A stretch of 63,306 nt of DNA, the filler included, from Reclinomonas americana ATCC 50394 (Eukaryota): NCBI GenBank assembly GCA_048213135.1. It is 14 parts of 14 records of this genome, joined end to end, with 100 filler letters (N's around TTAATTAATTAA, not from the genome) between each part and the next. Parts side by side here need not be neighbours in the genome. Positions count along the whole stretch, not along the records: positions 1 to 6,930 come from AFZH01021739.1; positions 7,031 to 13,701 come from AFZH01021740.1; 12 more parts are not named here. One strand, 5' to 3'. The notes beneath the pieces are model-generated. The model worked only from the letters and a program-made list of their open reading frames with translations, was not told where the DNA came from and made no database searches. Positions 1 through 11,600 of this stretch are shown here, in pieces. The position numbers were made by a program, and so were the translations under genes. How positions within the stretch are numbered: position 1 is the first letter of the stretch; each line of letters starts with the position of its first letter.

Positions 1-34
1 CAAGAATGGTGGTGGTGTGGCGTGGTTGAAACAC

Positions 35-92
35 AAGAGAGCTTGTCATGTTGTTGGTGAGGCTCATACCGGTGGTGGCTGGTGGTGGGCGC
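35..92. repeat. Left arm of inverted repeat pairing with 34258-34315
   Basis: 35-92 matches the reverse complement of 34258-34315 at 56/58 nt. Weaker similarity continues outward (about 2-30 vs 34327-34355) to the window edge. Confidence 0.9.
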
Positions 93-947
93 AGTTGTTG
101 TTGTTGTTGTTGTCATTGTTGTCGCAGCAGTGATTTCAACACTGTGACAGCCACTGACCGGTGGCCGCACAGTGAGAAAACCAGAGGACTGAGGGTTGAA
201 GACGACGTTGACCACAGACACAATGTTGTTGTTGTCGTCGTCGTTATGTACAGTGGTGGCGGTGGAGGGGAAGAACGTGCAAGACATGCTGGTTGCGTGA
301 AAGCAGAGCCAGTGTCAGCAGTTACTGCCGTGCAGTGGTGACGCGAACACAGGCAACCACGTGTGCCGCCCAAATGACATGATCGTGTCGGGCGACAGGC
401 GCACAGCACCTGCGCAGAAGGCGCTCCGTGTTATCATCACTGCGTCGCTGGGTGGCAGAATGCTTGTGCACCAGATCAGCCAGACCATTGGCCGTCAGTC
501 AGTGTCCAGAGAATGCACAACTAAAATGAATGCCTCCATGTACAGCAACATTCATTCGCCTCCCAAGTCCCATGAAGGCCTCGGTTCCAGTCCTTATTCA
601 CTCGCCTTGCTCATCCTATCTGCGACAACAACAGCAGTCAGCTGCATGAAGTGAAAACTCACATGCAGAGTCCATCCTTCACAACACAGGACAGCTGTTT
701 AAAATACTGATGCACTGGATTTCTGCTTCCTTCTTCTTCAACAAGCTTTATCGACCTCACAACACCATGCGTGCGCTGCTTGCCCAGTGAAATCTCTTCC
801 CCTCTTCCATCCCACCCGCTACCACTCACCCCCACTCTCTCATCACGCACCGATGCAGGCATATATCATCGTCCATCAACAGCAGTATCTTGCTCCTCAC
901 ATCCAGCTCCTCCTCCACCACTACCTTGAATTGCTTGCCCAAACATA

Positions 948-3900
948 TTATTCCTCCTCCTCCTCCTCCTCCTCCTCCTCCTCTTTCTTCACCACCTCCT
1001 CTTTCTTCACCACCTCCATCATCACCTGCTTTTCGTCACCCAGTGCTGCATTCACGCTTGTCAGTGTGATGTTGGCACGACATCCAACAACACAAGGTGC
1101 TCCTACATTGCTGCATTTGGGAGCACTCACCAGCACGTGCAATCTCCGCCTTTGAAAGACAACCGTCTCGAAGCAGAGTGGCCAGCAGGCCAGAGCAATT
1201 GTGAAGCAGATGCATGGCTTGTGTGACAATAGTCAGAAGAGTATTTGGGCCTCCCTTCCGAATGTGCTCGGCACATTCCTACAATCCGAGAAAAGCAAAG
1301 TCAGTCATCACATCATCGGAGCACAACAGCGATCCCAACAATCGTCGCCCACATGCCTCAGAGTGCCCACGCTCGTCAATCACAATCAGTGGTCTCTCGA
1401 CAGCATCCACCAGCGCAGCTCCTCGAAGACCGCTCTTCTAGTGATTCCACATGCACACGATGGCAGCTCGGTCAGGTGCCAGACACGGCACAAGCGGATG
1501 TGAACAAACTGGCACTCACCTCGATGAAGTTGCTAACGCTCTCAAGCACACCCTCAATTGACTTCAGCGTCTTGCTGCGTGCCAATCGGGCACTGCTGGC
1601 AAGACTCTTGCCAAATGCAGCCATGACTGCGGATGATGGGCTGCCCGGTTCATCCGACGGTATTCCGCAGTTGTCACAGGCAAGCTGGAAGAGAACGCGC
1701 TGATGATGAAGGACTGTGAATCGCATCACCACGGGTGCCATGAGACCGAATGCCTTCACCAGAACCCTCTTCTTGTTGCAACCCTGCTCTCGGGTGTGAC
1801 AGATGGGTGGGAGTGAGTGAGGTGTTTATGACAGCAATGTCGGCGATACAAAGCACGCAACAAGCAATCTCGCAAGCATCAATTGCTCGCTGATGCTCAA
1901 CTTCGCAGGATCAATCTTGTGGCGCTGTGAAACATAAGCCACGCAGTATTGAGACGTACCTCATGCAGGACAAAGAACGCAGCGTCGGGCGTACCTTATT
2001 TCTCTTCGCGTCATCGTCCACATTCTCGCTGTCGTCATCATCTTCCTGCTCACCCTCCCTCTCCTCCTCTTTCTTCACCATCTCCATCTCCCTCAGGGCT
2101 GTTCACTCATTTCTCAGCACATATAAGCACTGAAGCTACGAGCACAAGCAGCCAAACCTGTTTTACTGCACCATTCGGCAGCACGTGCAATATCCGCCTG
2201 CGAAAGGCAGCCGTCCCGAAGCAGAGTGGCCAACAGGTCTGGACAGCCGTGGAGAGCCTGCATAGCCTGTCTGACGTGCGGCAGAAGAGCATTATAAGTG
2301 CCTCCCTTCTGCAACTTTGCTGCTGATGCCTGTCATCCAAGCCACAGCAGTACTCGTGAGCCAGCTTTCAATGACGCGCATTAGCAACACACAATTTCAT
2401 ACGCGCCTCAGAGTAGCCACGGTCATCAAGCACAATTAGTGGCTTCTCGACGGCATCCACCAGCTCAGCTCCCCGAAGACCACTCTTCTGATGGTGACAT
2501 CCACGTCGAAGTCGAGTAACGTACCACACACAAAACAATCGGAAGGATACTGAAACAACACACCGACACACTCACCTCTATGAAGTTGCTGATGCTCTTG
2601 AGCACACCCTCAACTGACTTGGGCGTCTCACCACGTGCGTGGCTGGCACTATCGGCAAGACTCTTGCTGAATGCAGACATGACAGCGGCCGAAGGGCAGC
2701 CCCGTCCCTCCGATGGTATTCCGCATTCGTCACAAGCAAGCTGGAAGAAAAGGCGCTGATGATGGAGGACAGTGGATCCCAACACCACGGGTGCCATGAG
2801 ACCGAATGCCTTCACCAGCATCCTCTTCTTGTTGCAACCCTGCTCCGAGGCGCAGTGAGCAGATGTGAGCGTCAGCACTGTCGGTGACATGCAGAGATGA
2901 TAGCAACACGCAACAAGCAGTCTCGCCAGAATCAGTTGCTCGTTGATGCTCAGCTTCCCAGGACCACTCTTGCGGAGCTGTGAAGCGCAAACCATACGGA
3001 ATTAGGACACCCACCTGCTTCGCATCTAACGGAAACGAGCGACGGGCGTACCTTGCCATCGTCCTCGTCCTCCTGCTCTTCCTCCCTCTTCTCCTCTTTC
3101 TTCACCATACTCATCTCCCTCAGGGCTGTTCAATCGCTGTTTAGCACATGCGCACACTGTGCAGCTATGCTAGTCACGCAGCCAAACCTCGTTCACTGCA
3201 CCACTCGACAGCACGTGTGATCTCTGTCTTCGAAAGACAGCCGTCTCGAAGCAGAGTGGACAGCAGGCCAGGGCAGTTGTGGAGAGCTTGCATTGCCTGC
3301 GTGATAAACGGCAGAAGAGGGCTCTGCCGGCTGTGCCGCATCCATGGCAGTTGTGACGACTCCTGACACGCGAATTCCAGAACACGGAGCATGAGAATAT
3401 GGCAGCCCATATGAACAACGCACACTGAGCGCAGGGCAGCCACACCTCAGAAATGCCACGTTCATCAACCACAACCAGGGGTCTCTCAATGGCATTCGCC
3501 AGAGCAGCGCCACGCAGTTCACTCTTCTACATAATTCCACATACATTAGCGTTGATATTGACTCAGTTGCGCGAAATGAATGTAGCTCACCTCGATAAAG
3601 TCGCTCATCATCTGCAGCACTCCCTCAACCGACTTGGGCGTTGTGGTGCGTGCCTTGCTGACGGCATGGCCAAGGCTCTTGCCGAACGAGCTCACGACCG
3701 CCGACGACAGGCAGCCTGCTTTCGATGAAGGAACACCACACTCCTTGCTTGCCAAGTCAAAGAGAATGTGCTGATGATAGCAGATTGTGGATGGCAGCAC
3801 AATTGGTGCCATGACGCCAAACGCCATCACCAGTACCTTCCTCTTGTTGCAGCACTGCTCTCGATGAAATACATCGGTGGTGCGGTGAACACTCAAGTAG

Positions 3901-6900
3901 CCAGACAACTACCAAAGGAGGTCATGACTGCAATCAAACGCAACAAGCAGCCTCGCCAGCATAAGTTGCTCATCCTTGCTCATTGTCAGAGAATCACTCT
4001 CTTGTCGCTGTGAATGCGCTCCATGAGACGATGCCACTATGCACTCACCCCATCATCCAAGGTCATACCTTGCTCCTGTCACCTTCGCCGAGGTCGTTCT
4101 TCCCATCCTCCTCCCCATCGACCCTCGAATCATCCACTTCGTCCTCCTTCCTCTCTTCTTTCTTCAGCACCTTGGCCTCCAGCAGAGCTGCATCTCGTTC
4201 GTCAGTTCTGACATCTCGCACAATAGAACGAACTGCAGTAATCAAACCTCTGTTGCTGCACCACTCTGCGGCCCTTGCGATCTCCTCCTCGGAGAGACTG
4301 CCGTCTCGAATCAGCGACACTTGCAAGCCAGGACACTCACGCAGGGCCTGAGCGGCCTGGGCAATGAGCGGCAGGAGAAGGTCGTTTCTCTTCCCTTTTT
4401 TCTCCATCATCTTCCATGATTTCTGCAACACGTTCGACATCGTGAAAGAAGTGGGTGAGTGGACACAAACCGGGAAATGTAGGGAGCACGCAATGGAAAG
4501 TTTGCACACCTCCGAATGACCCCGTTCGTCAACCACAAACAGTGGCCTCACAACGGCATCAGCCAGAGCAGCGCCGCGCAGTTCACTCTTCTGCAAGAGT
4601 TACACATATATTAATGCTGGTTCACTTTGCAGTCATGTCTGAATGAATTGCACAGACCGATGCTCACCTCGACGAAGTCGCTCATGCTCTGGAGCACTCC
4701 CTCCACTGACTTGGGCGTCGTGGCGCGTGTCATGTTGACGACATGGCCAAGTGTTTTTCCGAATGAATCCATGACTGCGGGCGACGGACTGCCAGCTCCC
4801 GATGAAGGAATACCACACTCGTTGCAGGCGAGCTCAACAAGAACGCGCTGATGATGCCAGACTGTGCTTCGTTTCAGAATCGGTGCCATGATACCGAATG
4901 CCATCACCAATAGCTTATTCCTGTTGCATCGCTGTTCGCACACATCAACGCACGCACTAGGTGTTATGACAGACAAGCACATGGCAGAGTGCAACTAATC
5001 TGCCTTGCTGGGATATTGCAGCACATAAACACGCAACAAGCAGTCTGTGCAGCATCATTCGCTCGTCCGTGCTCAAATCCGCATTGAATGCATAGCGACC
5101 GCACTTGACGCGCTGCAAATACGCAACCCATGAGACATCAACTTATCAACACAACTGCCTCCCAAGCCATACACAGGCGGCGACAACGCCGTACCTTGCT
5201 CGTCTTTGTTTCTTCACCATCATCACTTCCTGCATCCTCCTGTGAACGCAACGCATCAGCGCGTGGCCGAATCCACGAAGACACACCCAGTCTCCGTCAT
5301 TCGTGAACTGTTGATGCTCACCTTAATGTCATCTTCTTCATGCTTGATGTCATCGTCGTCTTTCTTCACCATCATTTTCACATCGCCAGATTCTGCGTAA
5401 TGCTGGTCAACACCGGTGCAAGCAACAACAACAGCCGTATGAGATCGCAGACCTTTCGCGTGGCACCACGTGACGGCGTGCGCAATCTCGGCCTCAGAGA
5501 GGTGGCTGTCTTGAAGCAGAGAAGTCAGAAGACCATCGCACTCGCGCAGCGCATCCATGGCCTCGGTGACAAACGGCCGAAGATGGTCCTTCCTGGTTTT
5601 ATAGGAAGGGCGCAAGATCTCCCACGATTCCTGTTACAAGCAAGCCGAACGAACGAGGATCAGTGAAAATAATCTTTTCAAACACCAATGACCATGCCTC
5701 ACAAACGCACCTCCGAGTACCCACGCTTATCCACCACAATCAGTGGTCTCTCTACAGCATCCACCAGAGCCGCGCCACTGAGCTGGCTCATCTGCATTGT
5801 GCAATCATCTGCACGTTGGTTCAATATGCCACAATCGCCGCAGGGACACATGCATGCTCACCTCGATGTAGTTGCTCACGCTCTGGAGCACACCCTCAAC
5901 TGATCTGGGCGTTTTGTTGCGTGAATTATTGGCAGTTTGACCAAGCTTCTTGCCGAGAGCACTCTTGACTACAGACGACGAGCAACCCCGCTCCGACGAT
6001 GGAATTCTGCAGTCGTCACAGGCAAGCTCAAAGAGGACACTCTGATGGTGGATGACAGTGGACTTCTGAACAATGGGTGCCATCAACCCGAATGCCTTCA
6101 CCAGGATCCTCTTCCGATTGCATCGCTGTGAGTGATACAAGAAGAATGGTGAGTGCGACGAGGAGAAGGAGGAGGCTGAAGGGGTTACAATGATGTCGGA
6201 GAGAGTATGCACACGCAACAAGCAGCTTGTTCAACAACAGCTTCTCGTCTGCGCTCAATTCCTCTGGCTCTCTCGCAGCTCGAGTCTTGCCACGCTGTGA
6301 ATCCACAACATACATCGTTGACCCAAGGGCAGATCGATGAACAAGTACAACAATGTGTCAGCCACAGAGAATCCACACCTTCTTCTTCTTTGGCGGCGCA
6401 AGCTCGTCGTCGCTGGATGCATCCACCTGCAGAGAATGAAGAATAACATCAGGTGTCATCTGCGATGTACGAGCGAGAAGCAAAGTGAGACGCGCGCTTC
6501 ATCGGAGTTCACCTCCAGCGAACGCTTGCGGACCGATGCCTCAACTGAGTCACGTGCAGGCAAGTCCTCACTGTGCTCCACCAGAGGCGAGTCGACTCGC
6601 CGCCTCCTCGCGTGTTGCTGTGCAATCATGCCAAGGGCCAGCGAGAGAGTGAGAGACATGCTAATCTTGGGAGGACAAATAATCACTATACCTCGACGAT
6701 GCCTTCTATCGCAGTGTGTTCCATGTGCTCCTGGTGAGCAGCTGTGTGCATGCACCACCCAGGTGAGACATCACGTGACACAAGAACACCAATGACTGTG
6801 TGTGAGAGAGAGAGAGAGACGCACCCTTCTCAGCGTGATTCTCCGAGTCACTTCGGGCAGCGGCAATGGCAGCTGTGCTCTCGTCGGTGTGCTTTTTCTT

Positions 6901-7056
6901 CTTGTCCTCCAAGAAGCCAGCTGGTTCTGCNNNNNNNNNNNNNNNNNNNNNNNNNNNNNNNNNNNNNNNNNNNNTTAATTAATTAANNNNNNNNNNNNNN
7001 NNNNNNNNNNNNNNNNNNNNNNNNNNNNNNATAAGACAGAAGGAGAGAGATGAGAT

Positions 7057-7118
<62 letters not shown>

Positions 7119-7471
7119 TTCTTGGCAGTAACACTGGTGGTGGTAACAGACGTGGAAGAAAAAGAAGAGGAAGAAGAGACAGGCCGTCGCCTCGCCATCG
7201 CAGGCACACCACGATGAGCAGACGACCACAATGCGCTCTTCTTCTTCTTCTCATCATCATCGTTGTTGATGTTGATGGAGGGAGAGGAGGAATGCATCAC
7301 CGTCATCACTGGCGTCGTCACATGCTGCTTGCTGTCGACGAGCATCATGTCTGCTTTCTCATCGTCGCACGGAGAAGAGGCAGACATGGGCAGCAAATCA
7401 GCTGCTGTTGTTGTTGTTGTTGTTGTTGAGCGAGGGCGTGGAGGAGGAGGAGGAGGACGTCGAGCGGCCAT
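948..7471 (-). CDS. Array gene 1: multi-exon protein with low-complexity N-terminus and 5 tandem copies (types A-B-C-D-E) of an unassigned ~200-aa domain; acidic C-terminal tail
   Basis: Exon 1 MAARRPPPPPPR...VTAKK (7471-7117) ends in phase 1 at G|GTGTGT. It splices in frame across the gap to CAG|AACCAGCT at 6926 (E-PAGFLEDKKKKH). Core exons (LVKAFGLMAP...HHQ...CxxCGIPS...KSVEGVLxSxSxFIE) lie near 6130-5860, 4930-4670, 3860-3590, 2840-2575 and 1785-1520, with matching splice sites in the modules checked. Stop TAA at 948-950 follows poly-Glu. Confidence 0.75.
6931..7030. other. Assembly gap linker (first of 13)
   Basis: N44-TTAATTAATTAA-N44, with stops in all six frames. Others are at 13702-13801, 20075-20174, 25847-25946, 33364-33463, 35156-35255, 36432-36531, 37785-37884, 39341-39440, 41982-42081, 49799-49898, 57625-57724 and 59713-59812. 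Most abut simple-sequence repeats. Confidence 0.98.
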
Positions 7472-8653
7472 CTGTGTGTGTCTTTGCTGTTGTTTCACAC
7501 ACACGCGCGCTGCGTGATGCAAGAAACGAAGAGAGGGAGAGAGCAATGAAGATTCGTTGATCCGAACAGCAAGATGAAAAGGTGACAAGTCGTGATGTGA
7601 AGGGAGGAGGAGAAAGAAGAGGAGTGGCAGAGGAAAGAAGGAGAGAGAGGAAGGTGTCAGAGAACTGGACAACCTTGGGTGCATCGTCAACTGCGATTGT
7701 TCTCCACGACCAGCAATGCATGTCTCTTTTGTTTAATCATGGAGAGAGCATGGATCAGGGAAGCTGCAGCTGGGATGCTAATGGACTACAACTCCACAGA
7801 GAGTACAACAGGGCACATGGCAGCATCCCCTCGATGAACACCGAGGAAGAGCCACGGACAGATACAATGAGAAGGGTCACGATATCGCGATCCAGCTGAA
7901 AGCCACAACTCTGATCGCCATCGAGACTGCATGCCAACTGCACCCGCTGAGATGGTGTCGAGTGCAGGTGCAGGAGTATCAACAGGCCCAACAAAGCAGC
8001 ATTGCCTGCTGCTCAATCCACATCGATCCACAGGAACTACGAGTCACTTGCACAATCTCGCGACCGACGACTCCCTCCCCCAGCTGCTGGTGGGCCATTA
8101 TGCACCCGCGGTATGCTGCTCCACCGCTGCCATGAAAAGAGAAGAAGCAAGTGTCGTTGATTTCGAATATGGCTGGCCTTGGTCAACAAGACAGCCATTC
8201 TTGTGCAAAATCACGACAGCAAATGCATGCCTCCGTGACGGCTACATGCACAGCAACATTCATTCGCCCACCAAGTCAAATGTTGGCCCTGGTTCCAACC
8301 TTCATTCACTCAACTTGTTCTTCCTCCTGCGATAACAACAGCAGTCAGCTGCATGCAGAGAAAAACACACATGCAGAGTCCATGCCTCACAACACAAGGC
8401 ACTTGCTCACAAATATCACTCTTAGTGCACTGGGTTTCTGCTTCCTTCTTTTTCGACAAGCTTTATCGACCTCACAACACCCTGCATGCGCTGCTTGCCC
8501 ATTGGAACCGTCTTCCCCTCTCTCATCCCACCCGCTGCCACTCACTCCCACTCTCTCGCCACGCACCGGTGTCGGTACGTCATCGTCCATCCGCAGCAGC
8601 GTCTTGCTCTTCACATCCAGCCTCTCCTCCACCACTACCTTGAATTGCTTGTC

Positions 8654-11600
8654 CTACATGTATTCCTCCTCCTCCTCTTCCTCCTCCTCCTCCTCCTCCT
8701 CCTCCTCCTCCTCTTTCTTCACCACCTCCATTTTCACCGGCTTCTCGTCGCCCACCACTGCATTCATGCTCGTCAGTGCTGATTCTCGCACAACATCCAA
8801 CAACAGCAAGTGCTTCCTGATCATTGAAGTTAGAGCTCTCACCAGCACGCTCAACTTCCGCCTTTGAAAGACAACCGTCTTGAAGCAGAGTGGCCAGCAG
8901 GTCTGGACAGCCGTGGAGAGCCTGCATGGCCAGGGTAACGAATGGCGAAAGAACATTGGAAGCGCCTCGCTTATGCGACTTTGCTGATTCCTACCATCCA
9001 GTGTGAGCCAGCTTTCCATGACGCGCATTAGCACACACAATCTCACACGCGCCTCAGAGTAGCCACGGTCATCAATCACAATCAGTGGCTTCTCGACAGC
9101 ATCCAACAGCTCAGCTCCTCGGAGACCACTTTTCTGATGGTGACATCCACGTCAAAGTCGAGTCAGGTACCACGCACATAACAATCGGAAGGATACTGAA
9201 ACAACACACCGACACACTCACATCTATGAAGTTGCTCATGCTCTTGAGCACACCCTCCACCGACTTGGGCGTCTTGCTGCGTACGTGGTTGGCACTATCG
9301 GCAAGAGTGTTGACAAATGCAGCCATGACTGCGGATGATGGACAGCCCGGTCTCTCCAACGGTATTCCGCATTCGTCACAGGCAAGTTGGAGGAGAACGC
9401 GCTGATGATGCATGACTGTGGATCTCAGCACCACGGGTGCCATCAAACCGAATGCCTTTACCAGTATCCTCTTCTTGTTGCAACCCTGCTCCAAGGCGAG
9501 GTAAGCAGATGGGAGTAACAGCATTGTCGGTGACATGCAGAGATAACAGCAACACGCAACGAGAAGTTTCGCCAGCATCAGTTGCTCGTTGATGCTCAGC
9601 TTCCCAGAACCACTCTTGCGGCGCTGTGAAGCGCAAACCATACAGAGTTAGGACACGCACCTGTCTCGCACCTAACGGAAACGAGCGACGGGCGTACCTT
9701 GCCATCGTCCTCGTCCTCCTGCTCTGCCTCCCTCTTCTTCTCTTTCTTCACCATATTCATCTCCCTCAGTGCTGTTCAGTCGTTGGTGAGCATATGCGCA
9801 CACTATGCAGCTATGCAAGTCACGCAGCCGAACCTCGTTCACTACACCACTGGACAGCACGTGTGATCTCTGTCTTCGAAAGACAGCAGTCTCGGAGCAG
9901 AGTGGAGATCAGGCCAGGGCAGTTGTGGAGAGCTTGCATGGCCAGCGTGACGAATGGTTGATGGAATGTCTGCCTGCCGCGCTGCATCGTCGGCAACTTT
10001 GACGATTCCTGACACGCGAATTCCAGAACAGAAAGCATGAGAATATGGCAGCCAATATGTACAACGCACACTGAGTGCAGGGCAGCCGCACCTCAGAAAT
10101 GCCACGCTCATCCACCACAACCAGGGGTCTCTCAATGACATTCGCCAGAGTAGCGCCACGCAGTTCACTCTTCTGCATAATGCCACGAACACTAGCGTTG
10201 ATATTGACTCAAGTCGCGCGAAATGGACGCTGCTCACCTCGATAAAGTCGCTCATCATCTGGAGCACTCTCTCAACTGACTTGGGCGTGTTGGCGCGTGC
10301 CTTGTTAACGGCATGGCCAAGACTCTTGCCGAACGAGCTCACGACCGCCGACGACAGGCAGCCTGCTTTCGATTGAGGGATACCACACTCCTTGCTTGCC
10401 AAGTCAAAGAGAATGCGCTGATGATGGCAGATTGTGGATGGCAGCACAATTGGTGCCATGACGCCAAACGCCATCACCAGTACCTTCCTCTTATTGCAGC
10501 ACTACTCTCGATGGAATACATCGGTGGTGTGGTGAACACTCAATCAGCCAGACAACTACCGAAGGAGGACAAGACTGCATGCACACGCAACAAGTAGCCT
10601 CGCCAGCATCAGTTGTTCGTCCTTGCTCATTGTGTGAGAATCACTCTCTTGTCGCTGTGAATGCGCTCCATGAGACGATGCCGGTATGCACCCACCCCAT
10701 CATTCATGGTCATACCTTGCTCCTGTCACCTTCGTCCTTCCCATCCTCCTCCCCGTCGACCCTCAAATCATCATCATCATCCTCCTCCTCCTCCTTCCTC
10801 TCTTCTTTCTTCAGCACCTTGGCCTCCAGCAGGGCTGAATCTCGTTCGTCAGGCCTGACAAGTTGCACAGCCGGACACGCCCGATGCAATCAAACCTCTC
10901 TCACTGCACCACTCGACGGCCCGTGCTATCTCCTCCTCGGAGATACAGCCCTCTCGAATCAGCAACGCTTGCAAGCCAGGATACTCACGCAGGGCCTGAG
11001 CGGCCTGGGCGATAAGCGGCAGTAGACGGTCTTTGTTATTTCGTCCCTTCTCCATCATATTCCATGACTCCTGAAGCACATTTGACGGGTGAGTGGACAC
11101 AAACCATGCAGAAAGCACACATAGGAAAGTTTCCACACCTCCGAATGGCCCCGTTCATCAACCACAATCAGTGGTCTCTCAACGGCATCCGCCAGGGCAG
11201 CGCCGCGGAGTTCGCTCTTCTGCAAGAGTTACATATGTATTCATGCTGGTTCACTTTGCAGTCACGTGTGAAATGGATTGCACGGACCGATGCTCACCTC
11301 GATGAAGTTGCTCATGCTCTGGAGCACTCCCTCAACTGATTTGGGTGTGCTGGCGCGTGTCATGTTAACGACATGGCCAAGTGTTTTTCCGAATGAATCC
11401 ATGACTGCGGGCGACGGACTGCCAGCTCCCGACGAAGGAATACCACAATCCTTGCAAGCGAGCTCAACGAGAACGCGCTGATGATGCCAGACTGTGTTTC
11501 GTTTCAGAATCGGTGCCATGATACCGAATGCCATCACCAATAGCTTATTCCTGTTGCATCGCTGTTCACACAAACACACGCACGCACCAGGTGTCATTAA

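Noticed and set aside
1590..1640. FGK[ST] as a canonical Walker A P-loop
   Set aside because: The position five residues before G is V, not G or A. The segment looks helical, and GK is replaced in several copies (FSKS, FVNT, FGMS, FCKS).
6490..6515. A second GC donor after NSDE in the array N-terminal exon
   Set aside because: A canonical in-phase donor CTG GAG|GTGAAC lies 15 nt upstream, so a GC donor is not needed.
6975..6986. TTAATTAATTAA palindrome repeated 13 times (piggyBac TTAA-like or regulatory motif)
   Set aside because: It is always centred in exactly 44+44 Ns, so it is an artificial six-frame-stop scaffold linker.
7755..8335. Plus-strand ORFs in the inter-gene spacers (MPTAPAEMVSS..., MDTEEEPRTDT...)
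   Set aside because: Frames and stops differ among the four copies, and I see no recognisable domain.
8654..8656. Genome-wide stop-codon reassignment (TAG=Gln)
   Set aside because: It is suggested only by the TAG/CAG swap in the array tails. I saw no in-frame TAG in conserved exons of BEACH, G-beta or eIF2D, so it is unsupported here.
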